Source: Psilocybe cubensis
Lineage: Eukaryota
Reading direction: 5' to 3'
DNA length: 64,000 nt
Assembly (NCBI GenBank): GCA_017499595.2
Contig: CM039002.1
Coordinates: 2,046,001-2,110,000 of the forward strand
The notes under the pieces were generated by a model. It saw only the letters and a program-made list of their open reading frames with translations, made no database searches and was not told the DNA's origin. The translations under genes and the position numbers were made by a program. This document shows, piece after piece, positions 10,426 through 22,956 of the stretch. How positions within the stretch are numbered: the first letter of the stretch is position 1; each line of letters begins with the position of its first letter.

Positions 10426-11345
10426 ATGCGATTGCTCAGCACCACTGTCCGGAGTTGCTTAAATACTACACACACTGCCAATAGCTACCACAACCTCCTC
10501 TTCGCCACACGCTCCATACAACCATCGTCTTTGTTACTGAGACCCCGCCTTGCATTCACATACACCACAATGGCTACTTCAGGATTCTACTCTTTGAAAG
10601 CTGAGCTCCCAGGCGGCAAGACATACGACTTTGCCGATCTCAAGGGTAAGACGGTCTTGATCGTCAACACTGCTTCGAAATGGTGCGCCACAATCACCTA
10701 TTTTATCTACGCTTTCTCCTTTACTCATTCACATATGCACACGCAGTGGATTTACACCTCAATACAAGGGTATGCAGATGAATATCACGCTTCTCGTGAG
10801 GCAGGGACGTCATGATCGCTGATACCATCCTACCCAGGTCTCCAAGAGTTGTATGAGAAGTACAAAGACCAGGGTTTCGTTATCCTCGGCTTCCCCTGCA
10901 ACCAGGTGCGCTCACCCCACCATGCTTCAGGCGTCAACTCTCGAGCACTCTCGCTGACATCATATCTTATCTCCAGTTTGGTGGCCAGGAACCCGCGAAC
11001 GATGAAGGCATCCAGGAATTCTGCACGCTCAACCACGGCGTCACCTTCCCACTCATGAAAAAGTCGGACGTCAACGGCGACAACACCAACGAGGTGTACA
11101 AGTGGCTCAAGGCAGAGAAGTCTGGTCTGCTCGGCCTCACCCGCATCAAGGTCAGTTCAGTCCAGCTTTCATCCTTCTGCCCTCCTCCCCCTTCGCGCAT
11201 CCACTTCGTGTAACGCATACTCATTGTTAACGTTTAGTGGAACTTCGAAAAGTTCTTGGTCGACAAGAACGGAAAGGTCGTCAACCGATGGGCGTCCACC
11301 ACCACCCCCGCAGCCATCGACGCCGAAGTCGCCAAGATCCTCTGA
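10426..11345 (+). CDS. GPX: Glutathione peroxidase (Cys-type, Gpx/Hyr1 family); second in-frame ATG at 10570
   Basis: NTASKCGFTPQY (Cys codon TG|T split by an intron), LGFPCNQFGGQEP and [13 protein letters not shown]. Confidence 0.95.
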
Positions 11346-11896
11346 CTAGAAGATGGCAGCAGCAGCAAATCCGAATCTGAAGGGGGAGGGTCTGCCAAAT
11401 TATGAATATATATAAACGAACGTGCACTGCACGGATTCGGAGGAGTCACAACTGTACGATTATGCATAATGGAAGTATATCTAATTTATTTATCGGTTTT
11501 CTTTCTTCGAAGTTGGAAGTTGGAAGTGCGATTTGAGTGCGGTCATGGCCATTTTTGAGCGATCGGGAAGATGAACACCGTAACTTCCTATAAAGCACTC
11601 CACTGATTTTCGACCTGCATATCGACCGAAAATTCGCAGAAGTGCATAAATTACTGCACTCCCGATCGCTCTTGAGCCATCCACATAACACCAAGAATAT
11701 CCAAACCGCACGAAAAAAACAACGCCATGATCCAATATACCGACAATTCGGCGGAGATACATCACCTGCAAGGTGCTTTACGCCCACAGGGCAAATTTCT
11801 CTACAATCACGCACTGCGTTTTCATATACACATTACTCACTGAGGGCCGCCGTGCTCAACTTCTCGTTCGACGAGGCATTGTGGTCCCATAACACA

Positions 11897-13425
11897 TTAC
11901 CGGAGAGCGGGATGGCAGTAACCCAAGAACGTCAAGAACCACGCTCGGTAAAATACACCCCAACCTTCTTCTTTCCTGATCCTCTGGAAGCAGTCCAAAA
12001 AGTTGGCATACGGCCTTTGCTCAGTAGTCAAGCTATCAAAAAACAGATAAGAGTCGAATCAGTCAAAAAAAATCTTTTTAAATCATTGTAAAACTTACTG
12101 CAAATACGAAGGCGGCGCAACCATAAGCATCTTCTCAGACTCCCTCTCCTGTTCGATCGGCTCATGGACAGGCTGGATCGCCAAGCGCGTAAGGACAACA
12201 TCCACAGGCGCCATCACCACCGCCACCGCACCCATAAGCAGCGGGTACGCCACCATCCGCGCAATCGTCCCCCACATAACATTCTTCAAAAGCTCCTGCA
12301 CAAGGGCCGTCCAGGGCTGCCCCTGGTACTTCTCGTCAGTCGGGTCGAAGCCCTCCGCTGTGAGGTCGCCCAGGTTGTAGAACGGGGTGCGCAGGAGCGG
12401 GAGGAGGAGGAGGTCGATGCAGAGCAGGCAGAGGAAGGGCAGGATGAACGGCGAGTGGCGTATTGCGCGGAAGGGGTGCGCGCGCTCGTACTCGGAGAAG
12501 ATGGTGCGGAAGACGGACTTGGGTTTTCCAAAGTTGAGCTTCTGTTGGCATACGATGATTCTGTGGTGCAAGGTAGATGAAATGTGAGTTAGCTGGCCTG
12601 TACAAAGTGAGGGAAAGCAGCTCGAACCTGTATGTTAAAATGAGGTAAGGGATGTAAAACAAGTTCTTTATAATCGCTTCATAGTAGGACACCAAGTATA
12701 CACAAGGGCCTGGGGTAACATATAAACGGAAGAAAATGAACGGGAAGAAGAGTCCTGGGACTGCCGCAAACAATCAGCAAGCTGGTTCCCATACACAAAT
12801 CGAACAGGACTCACATATGCCTCTGAACGTCCCAGAAATGTGCTGTCATAAAAAAAATTCAGTCACTCGACCATTATCAGCGTTAAATGTACGCAATAAT
12901 CCATACCTCCCGGTTCCAGACGTTCTTCGCAACCCCAAGAAGCGTCGGGGGACCCGTCAACTCGGGAACCAGCTCTCCATAGGGTGTCCCGTCGATAAGT
13001 AGGGGTTCCGTAACGACAGCGCTATCTGGCACCACAGGCTCAGCTCCTGCCGTGCCTTTGAGCACGGTAGGATCCTTTGACTTCACCGTGCTATCCAGCG
13101 GCACATCGACAGCAGCGGAAGTAGGTGGAAGCGCAACCTCTGCATCCACCTGGTCAAGAGTGCTCTTGGGATAGTACGTCGCCCTGTATCTGACGATATT
13201 CCCAATGATCGGGATGGGTACCAACATTATGACGGTCTGCATCGTATACGGCTAGTTTCAAAAGAGTGAACTGGGGTCGGGGTCGATGATAATCGTATAG
13301 TCTACCAGAAAGGTATAGGTTTGAAGATAAAGAAAAGATAGGCTATATGACACGAACAAGCAACTAAATCAGTGTTGATGGTGTCCGGGCAGTACAAGTT
13401 TGTCTGACTCGTTTTAGTTTCCCAT
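11897..13425 (-). CDS. Divergent mitochondrial carrier (SLC25)-like membrane protein; start uncertain
   Basis: Hydrophobic segments plus carrier-like motifs PVDVVLTRLAIQ, VAKNVWNRE and YANFLDCFQRIRKEEGWGVFYRAW. Stop at 11897. Confidence 0.55.
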
Positions 13426-14757
13426 GGCTATATCTTGACACAGTTCCCCACGAGCACGATGGAGAAAAGACACAAACATAACAACCCAACGTCAACGTCA
13501 AGTAAGAACCGGCCCACCAACCTCCCTCTAGCCTAGTAGCACTAGCACATAAACAGCAATCCCTTCGCACGCTCACGTTCCTAGCCTAGAACAACCCACA
13601 AATATCGTAAATACGTAATTAACGATCGATCGATCTGGACATAACACGAAATCCCGTTTCGCGGACCGACAGATCGGATTCAGATAAGTAGATTCAGACT
13701 CAGAGGGATCATGGATGCGTAAGTAACCGATACGTCGATGAAAAAAAAAAAGTCAGATTCAAGCGACTCAGTTTATCGCACACACCACAGATGATTCGAT
13801 TGCGTGCACAGACGGATATCGATGGCTATGGGTCTGGATATGCGCGTACTGATTTGAATGGTGTACGTATGTACGTGCGTGTTTGCGGCTCGGTTGTAAG
13901 GAATACTATATGAAGAAGGTTGAAGGAGGTACTCTTCGATTGCCTATTAAGCTTTCTCGGCGCTTATCATTATTATGACCGTGACGCAACGGAGATGTCT
14001 TCCAAGATGCTATCTCAGATGTTGTGTCCCACAATTCATTTTCCAATCCAGATAACAACCCTTGCGAAATGAAATGAAATGCCGACATCCGAGTCGGAAA
14101 GAAGGAATCCGCTATACATATAAACTTTACCACAGAAGGATCGGCGAGATGCATAATTTCATTCAATTTTAGTGTCCAATGGCGTTGTGAAGGGAAGGTT
14201 CAAGGGTGACCATGCTTGATAAAAAGGGAAATGTTGCTGTAAAGTATTATTCTTATCCATGCCCTTCCCAGTGGCGTAACTCAGATCCACTATAGACACT
14301 CGAGAACGCTATCTTACTAGCGCTCGATATTTAAAACTGAAGGATGATCGTCAGTGCACTGTGGGGCAGCTGCCAACCTTCATCTAAAATTGGGACCTTC
14401 TCCGAGCAGATGCTCTTGGCGGGCGCTAAACCCCTTGGACAAAGATAGTACCGCACATCATCATAAGAAGGAAACCAAAACGGTAAAATATAGAGCAACA
14501 ATACTATGTTCATTAAAAGAGGAGACTACATTAATTAACAACTATGGAATGGTAAACTCCCAAGATAAGCTATACAAAATGTCACAGGCAAGTTCTACAG
14601 ATCTCCAAATACAAATCCAAAAGATGAAAATGTAAAAATACAGTTCCCAAACCCACAAAGCCAGAAAGAGACAGGAAGGAATAGAATAGGAAAAATGAGA
14701 AACAGATTCATCCAAATTCCACCTTCACCAAACGCGGCAACAATCCGCATCGGCACA

Positions 14758-15999
14758 TCACTTCCAGAAACTGTTCCTCTTGACACCCTTCAACTCACCA
14801 AGTCTCACCTCCCTCTCCCTCTCATCTAACGCGAGGGTCTGCCTGAGCGCGTCCACCTCCGCGCTCTTGTCCTGCACACTTTGCGTTGCCTCGCGGGCGG
14901 CAGCTCTGAGCAGTTCGAGCGTCTCTGCCTCTGAATTGAGCTCGGCTTGAGCTGTTTCATATTTCATCTTCGCGTTGAGATATGCTGCTTCGGCCTTTTT
15001 GAACGCGTGTATAAGTTTTCCGTGCGATACTTGCACGCGTGCTTCGCTCTGCAAAAATTGAAACAATGATGAGCTCAGATTCTCATGTCGCGATATGGTT
15101 CTTCAAGTGCCCACCTTGACAGCATTCTTTTGCAACTGCTGCAAATTATCAAGTTCCTTGATTGCAATCTCAAGTGACTTTTTCTCCGTCTTGGCTTCTT
15201 GTTTAATAATTTTCGACAACCTCCTCCCATTCTTCGCTGTTCACAAGCCAAAAACAATCAACATCACAAACACCTGTCGTAAAACAAAACAAAACGCACC
15301 ATCTTCCTTTGCAATCTTCGACTTCTGCTTCGGCGTAAGCATCGCATTCGCCTCTTTCGTGCGCACAATCACATCCTCCCCCGACTCAGCCGTAGCATAC
15401 GGCCCCGTCGTCCCCGCGCCATTCACAAACGCCGAGCCAGAAATCAAACGCCCGTCGCTCGCAGTATGCGCACTGCGCCGCGAGGTCGAGCGCCTGATCG
15501 AGCCTCCACCACCCGCGCTGCTGGTGGTGAACGTCGTCCCGCCGGTAGCGTGCCGGGTGTGGGTGTTGAACGCGGTCGGGGAGGCTTTGCCGCTTGGTGG
15601 GTTGCTACTGGTCAGATTCGCGGCGCCATGGCCTGCAGTGTGCGTGGTAGTGGTAGTGGTATTGGGCACGTCCTCTGCGGGAAGCCACCCCTCTGAGCCG
15701 TTCGGGTGCTCCACGAGCGGGTTGAGGTAGGTGTTGGGGTTGTTGCTAGGCTCGACTTTGGTGGTGGTGTGCACTGGCGCAGGAGTGGGGTTTGCCTCTG
15801 TTTCAGTCGCGATGGGGGCAGCAGAAACCTCCTGTTTCTCTATAACAGGCTGTGGGACTGGCCCATCGTCGTGGAGAGCATAGACGGTGTTGGAGACGGG
15901 TGGGGGTACATAATCCTGAGAGGACTGCATGGTGAGGGGTGGATGTGTTGGAGCGTCAAAGTAGACGGAGCGTTCACTCAGCGGGGTATTGTTCAACAT
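14758..15999 (-). CDS. Hypothetical protein with a disordered N-terminus and a coiled-coil C-terminus (3 exons)
   Basis: ORFs 15241-15999 and 14758-15066 are joined through a K/E/A-rich heptad exon (RRLSKIIKQEAKTEKKSLEIAIKELDNLQQLQKNAVK). Confidence 0.75.
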
Positions 16000-16089
16000 T
16001 CACTTTGGACGCAGCGGGGCAGTATATGCGTATCTAAATAAGACATACTGACTCTGTCTCAGCCGCGTAGGCTATATAAGGCTTGTCCG

Positions 16090-19081
16090 CTACTGAGCAC
16101 TCGTGACGTCATCCGCACTTGCATGTTCTGATCCGCTTGACTCTTCGCTCCCAGACTCTTCCTCTCCGCTCGACTCTTCCTCGCTCGACTCCTCCTCTGA
16201 GCTCTCTTCCTCTGCACTTTCCTCCTTTTCTTCTTCAGCATAAAATGCATCCAGGTCCATAAACTGGCCCTTTGCCCCATTCCCACTCGCCACAGTACTG
16301 GGCCCCGTCGGTGTCAATACAATAGGCGGTGACGGCACCCCCACAGCACCCTTGCTCTTCACTGGCCCCGCAGACGAAATAGCAGTCGGAACAGGTGGAG
16401 CTGCCGGTGCATCATCTTCACTGTCCCTCAACGAACTTTCTACGCCCTTCTCCAGCCAATCTGGCAGCTCCTCATCAATCGTGATAAACTTGGGCTTCCC
16501 ATGCACCACTTCTTTCGTCTCATCTAACATACATGTAAATTAAACTAGACCAAAATACAATGAAAATAACACGTACCAGTCTTCTCTTTGCCCTCAAACA
16601 ACACCAACTTGACCTGTTCCCTCCTCAACACAACACCACCGCGCTCCTCTGCACTCTCACCATTCAGATCCAAGCCCAGACCAGCAAGCAGCGCTGAAAG
16701 CATCCTTCCACGATCTCTCAAATCATAATTCACATCATACCTCGCCAGCGAAAACACATATCTCGTGAGCATCCCAATCCGCCGGTCAAACGGCGACAGC
16801 ACAAACAGCTTCGCCGCCAGCGTCACCACCTGCAGCTTCACCAGCACAGTCTCCTCCGCAAACGATTTCGCGAGCTTGCGCAGCACATCCGGTGCCCAAT
16901 CCGCCATACCCTCTGGCGCACCGAGCACCCCGGGTATCGTCGACGTCGAAGGGGACACGTCCGCTCCAGCGTATTGACCCACTAACCATACGACGCACGC
17001 ACGCGCCTGTCCGTGTTTAATGTCGTCTATCCGCCGTGCCAGATGGGCTATAATCGACAGCGGCGACTGCTCGGATGTGCCCGGCACCGTAGCGAAATCC
17101 ACAGGCGACGCCAACTGCGCCTGCACCAAGTTTTTGAGCACCATCACCGCACTGCTCACAACCATATCTAGTCATAGTTTTTTCTGAGTCTCGCATATTT
17201 TCGGTAAATTGTACAAGTGACTCACCATAACGACTTTTGATCATCCTAATCAGTGCAGTCAAACATTGAGAAACGGATGCTGGTATCCTCCTCGCACATA
17301 TCCCAACGCCGTCAATAGCAGCTGATACGACTTCATCATTCGTGTCGTCCGCACAGTCCTGCATTCGAGGGGTTAGAATCCGACTTCTGCAATTCTAATA
17401 CAGGCCACTCACTATTAGTTCTCTCATAATCGCGGCATAGTTATCTAATGTCAACACCAAGAGCAGAATCTTGATCTTGTCCTTCTTCACAGCCGAAATG
17501 TCGTCTGAGCGAATGAGGAAACGCGTATAATAAGGAGAAAATAGCTCCTATGTTGTGAAATGGCTTTTAAGCAAATAAAAAATAATCGAGAGGGGACATT
17601 GCGCACCGGTGCCGTTTTGCAGATGGCGATCAAGTCAACCAAAACCACCCTTTCAACCTCTTTCGATGTATCCAAAAGTCTCAGTAGTGGCTGTACGAAT
17701 TTAAGCCAATATCTATACGGTCCAGCGTGGAATAACACGCGCGCGGCGGCCATTACAACCTATATTCAATTAACATAGCATTAGTATCAAATTCAACATT
17801 TTTTTTCAGTAAAAGACAACACTCAACGGCAGGATTACGACTCTGCAGAACAGGTAGCACCGATTCCAACAAAAGCTTCACATCCTTATCCAGCTCCTCC
17901 TCATACCCAAACCCAATACCCTTCTCACCCTCCACCTTCCCCTTTTCCACTCCCGTCCCCGTCTCCGTCCCCGTCCCGTCCGCGGGGGGAGCCTGCCCCT
18001 CTCTCGTACGCACACACATAACCCGCACATACCTCACCAACAAACGCATCATCTCGACCTGCCCCCACTCGTCCACGTCCACGAGCACCCTGCACAGGCG
18101 CCGGAAGTGCGGGTGCAAAAGCTCGAGCCGCGTCGGGCACACAGCCGCGAACGCAAACGCGACCGCGCCAAGGGAGAGCGGCGACCGGTCGCGCAGCATC
18201 ACCTGCGTGATGATCTGGATGAGCGCGGGGAGGTGCGCGGCGTCGAGTCTGAATGTATGGGGTAGAGAGTCATTTGTCATTAGAACAGAAACAGAACGGC
18301 GCAGAAGAAAGTGAGGTGCTCACTCGTAGCACTTTGGGATCGCCAGCGCCGCAGCCTTGCGCACGTACGGGCTCGCGTCGCCTGCGCACTTCCTGATTGC
18401 GAGGACGACGATGCTGCCTATCATCGGGACCCTGATCCCACTCAGGACCCTCAGGGCCATGGCGCGGATCAGGGGGTTCGGGTCCGCCAAATCGCGCTGG
18501 AAGGTGTTGATGGAGAGCAGCGCGAGGTCCGGCTCGTGCTCTGCGTACCGGAGGAGGTAGATGTACACGAGCTTGCGGATCTCGAGGTTGGGCGACGCGA
18601 CGTTTTTCACGACCGAGGCGAAATGGGTGGATACGTTGCGGCCTTTTGAGATGAGCTTTAGATTCGAATTCGGATTCGGGCAATGGTGGGGGATTCAGAT
18701 CGTTAGATTGAATTGTTTCGGCATATAGGAGCGGAGGGTGTATTATAACATACAGAACAAGCCATACGAGAGAGAAGCATACAATCAACGACAATGTCAT
18801 TAGTAAACCGCAAAACGACTCCAAAAGAGTAAGAAAGACACAAGACATACAGCAACAAGTCTCTTCATCGCATCCAGCTTGTCCCTATCGCTGCTCCCCT
18901 CCAGCTGCTTGCGTAGCGCCGCGTGCGTCTTCTCGTCGGCGGGCGTCTCGAGCGCAGCAGCGGAGGTAGCGATCGAGTTGAGCCCGAACTCGCGCGTGCG
19001 CTCCGAGATCGTCTCCTGTAGCCGCATACCAAAGCGCGTCGCATTCTCGGAGAGACTGTTGAGGTACTGATTCGACGTCAT
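16090..19081 (-). CDS. APL6: AP-3 adaptor complex beta subunit
   Basis: [77 protein letters not shown] and an acidic E/S tail typical of beta-3 adaptin. Confidence 0.93.
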
Positions 19082-19620
19082 TGCAATTTAAATGTCTTTT
19101 GAAGTAACGTGTTTTTTGTGGATGGTTGGTAGGCTACGGCGTACTGCAGTGGTACGAGTAGAAGTAATTGTAGTTTAGTAGGGTTGTTGGTAGCGCAGGT
19201 AATCAGTCGTCGAGTTGTATGCCAATCCGAGAAGAGTTGCAGGGTCGATGCAAACTGATAAAAGTCGCCAGTAGACGTCCAATCTACCAAGTTGTTGGCA
19301 GTCGGGATATCTTGTCGAGAGCCCTTTCTCGCGCTCTCAGTCAGTATATGCCGATGCGCAGCACAATACTGTCAAGAACCGCGCAGAGTGGGATTTTGTC
19401 ACCTTAATGAGAGTACAAGTACAAGTTCGGTCAAAGTCACAAATCGCGCATTGCCAAGGGCCAGCGAGATTCGATTACGTCATTTGGTCGGTATAAATCC
19501 AGTAATTACACCCCTATTTACCAGCCTACAGCCATCATAGTACTAAGTAGCAGACGAACAGATAACATTGTGCCAACATCATTCATTGGGTTAAATACCA
19601 AACTTCATGATGATCCGTTA

Positions 19621-20947
19621 TTATACGCGTCGGTAGAAAAGCTCGAATTCCAGATTTCTACTGGAAGAAAGTCTTGGAAAACGCCGTTGACACTTTTCGT
19701 CCGGGGACCCTTCTGACCATCCTTCATTGCCATCGGACCGAAAGTAGATCCCTAAACTGACATACTTTAGGGAAGACCATCCGGAAGTGAGAAGAACCTT
19801 TTCCAGAAGGGACCAAGAGTCAGCAGAGAGTGTGCTATATGGTTCTGCAGAGTAAAATAGGACACAGAATGTGATGGTAAGGGTCTGAATCTGATTATTC
19901 ATCTTTGATATCTGTTCAAGTCCCTGGTGTATGTTGTAGACTGGATCATGTTCGAAGCCTCCAATAACGATAAGTTCAAGATTTAAAGTCGAAACGAACT
20001 CTGAGGCGGCGGATACCGCAGATACAAAAGATGATGCATCGTGTATAGTCACTTGTAAAAAAGTTAATATACATCTTTGAATGGAGTTAGAGAACAGCCG
20101 CCTTACATCTAATTCGCACAGTAATTTCTTGAAGCCCCGGCGTATGTTTCAAAAATTCTGCAATCGAAAAAGCATCTTCGTCGCGCTCAGCCGCAAAGAC
20201 AACATGACGAAGATTGGCAAGCCACAGAGTGCTGCTGTTAGTTGCTTGTTGTTCCGAATACTTTACTAAACCCGGAATGGATTTCCATGGTGTTTCAAGT
20301 ACTAATGTGTCAAGTTTTAGCGTTGCGTTTGAATTTGAAGATGGAAGAACGGTGTCGTTTTCGGAAATGGTAACCTCTTCAAGGTCAAGGTTCCTTAGAT
20401 TTGAACAATTTAAAAGATCGGAGAAGGTAAATTCATCAATACTGTGTATCGCCACCGATTTGATGGTGGGAAGATGCAGAAGATGCAGGAAAACAGAACG
20501 TGAGGAGGAATCGATGTGGTTCCAGGATAGCCTTGGCTCCAAAGACAGTGTCAGGGAATGCAGTTTGCTGAGGAGCTTAAAAGATGGCGGTATTGGTTCA
20601 ATCTGATCGGCATAAAATGGCTTTTTTTGAAAAGGGCCAATGTTAGATCTATTTGATGCATAGCCAAACTCTTGAACATAATCCGCTATATCAGGGTTAT
20701 TTGCGATGAGTCTGGCAAAGGAAGTGATCGAGGGAAGGGTTGAACGTGGTTTCCCACCATGCACATCGATTCGGTAGAATATATGTTTTCTACAGGGGTC
20801 CAGAAAGACCTTGCAGACTAGGGAGCATGATTTTACTTCATAGAGTTGTGTTTTGGTCCACTCTTCACCTCGTGTATCGTCGAAGGCGACAATATCAATG
20901 ATCTTGTGTATAATCTCCGTAGGAAGTACATCTATGATTGAACCCAT
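19621..20947 (-). CDS. F-box-like/LRR-type protein of an expanded agaricomycete family (2 exons)
   Basis: N-terminal LPTEIIHKIIDIV...CSLVCKVFLDPCRKHIF F-box-like motif followed by LxxLxL repeats. Confidence 0.75.
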
Positions 20948-21398
20948 TAGTGTCAGTGTTTTTAAAATGTCTCCTGTCAAGAGTAGAATAAAGGAGAGAG
21001 AATCTTTGAGCTTCAAGCTAGGATGAGTCTGAGAGTTATTGAGGATATGCTGGTACAAGTTTGAAAAATGACGGAGAATATGTGGGAACACTAATGCATG
21101 ACTCGACGTAATTGGTCAGGGGCACCCACGCGTCAGCAAATCAATCGTTAACGTTCACGTTCAACGTTCGAACTGAATAATCAACCCCTCATTCACTTTT
21201 TAGACTTAGAGTCAACGTGTTCTCGCGTCAACAACAGCTTATCTTCCAAATCTGCTCGAATCATTCCCAATCTGGCGTCGCTGGTTGAAGGCCAGTAGTC
21301 GGCGGCTACTGCCTCCACATATTGCCTGCATTCAAGATTATTTGGTACTGGAATTCGGTTTAACCCGTGCTTCTCAACAGCTCTAAACCCCCAATATC

Positions 21399-22632
21399 AT
21401 GAAATATGGCCCTAGCTACACAATAACCACCAAAAAAAGTTCGTAGTCGGTTACATTTGACCGGAATCATTTTGTTAATATCCATGAAAAATAGGACGCA
21501 GAAGATTGCGAATCAATGCCCCTCCCAAACTTCCAATTGAGCTCATACGTCCTATTGTCGAATTCATCGAAGATCGGGGTACCCTCTTCAACCTGCTCCT
21601 TACATCCTCGACATTCAAATATGAGGCCGAGCGCGTGCTGTACTGTGCCATGACGGACGAAGACAGGAAAACGCATATGGGTTTTTTAAAAGCCATTCTT
21701 CACAATCCAGACAATGCCACACATGTCCGAGTCTATCATGCACCAATTGCACGTATCAAGAAGCATGATGCTTTATGGAGACGTCTGGGGAGCGCATTGC
21801 GGTTAATGTACAATCTGAAGGAGTTGGTCGTGGCGGAATTCAGCGCATCCTTATTTCCGCCCTCTCAGGATAGAAAGTCCATCCTTTTTTCACTCGAACA
21901 CTTCCAATGCCGAATAGAATCCATTCACGATCATAAGCGGTTATGTCATTTCCTTTCAGGACAATCACAACTGCTGAAAATCAAAATTGACATGACCCAC
22001 GACGATCCAGCGTACATCGAGCATTTCTCTCCGGGCACAACCCCCCATTTATCCTTTCTTCGAGGGCCTCTCGAGTCACTTAAGGCTTTCCTTCCAGAGC
22101 GCACAATCACGATGTTGGCATGGGAAACCGAGAGCTCTGATTTTCACTCAAACTATCTTCCGGTCTTATCTGCCCTCGCTCCCAGCTTCAATAACCTGAA
22201 ATATCTCTCCTTTGGCCCCCCTGAGCCTTCCGTTGACGACGATACAAGCCTAGCGACGATAGCCCACCAGTTTATTTCCCTTGAATATTTAGACCTTGTT
22301 GGCTTCCGTGTAAGATCCAATATAACTCACAAATAAGACGTGACTTGCTGACATGCATACAGAGTAGCGATATAGAAGCATTACAGCACATTCCTTCTTT
22401 GAAGGGCTTGACTATATCTATGGGCCGCGGTATTGTCCTTTTTGTTCCTTCATCGACCGTATCCAATATCTTCACTTCTTACCCTCGTTTACAATTTGTA
22501 GCGATCGAACAGCTACCCGGTAAACGAGGCAAAAAGGTGTTCAAGAGCTGGACTAGCCCTCAAGCCCAACCGTCCGTTTATACTATTCCCCTATCCGCGT
22601 TTCATCACATCTTTGAGTTATTGCCCATCTAA
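21399..22632 (+). CDS. F-box-like/LRR-type protein (3 exons)
   Basis: PKLPIELIRPIVEFI...LLLTSSTFKYEAERVLY followed by LxxLxL repeats. ATG 21399 is joined in frame through a predicted intron ~21439-21494. Confidence 0.7.
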
Positions 22633-22956
22633 TGGATGCAGCGCTAAGTTTTACGTCGTAATGCTGCGATGATATAGCACCATATATGTAGGAAACTGTT
22701 ATATATTGTACATGCCTAAACTTGCAAGACTTGCTCACAAAATGTGTACATCGTAGCGTAAACAGACTATTATTAATAGCACGGACAAAATTGGAAGTAG
22801 GATAAAATGCTAATACAATCCGTGCTAATCAGTTGGATGATTTTACTGTGGCCATTGGTGGCAAAAAAGTGTTGTTTGGTATCTTCATGAACCCATGACT
22901 ATGATCTACTATGATCCATGCTGCAACGCAAAATCAACACTGGCGATATGATTCAG

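Noticed and set aside
10670-10760. Possible selenocysteine (TGA) at the GPx active site
   Set aside because: The codon is split by an intron and reconstitutes TG|T = Cys; no in-frame TGA.
15095-15730. Long antisense ORFs here and over the APL6, GATA, PH-protein and CBM19-like genes
   Set aside because: Shadow frames of GC-rich or low-complexity coding sequence on the opposite strand.
17940-17985. CCCGTC microsatellite-like run
   Set aside because: Encodes a GT/ET low-complexity loop inside the AP-3 beta subunit.
21481-21520. Apparent missing start or frameshift in the second F-box-like gene
   Set aside because: An upstream exon from ATG 21399 splices in frame through a canonical GT-AG intron (~21439-21494).
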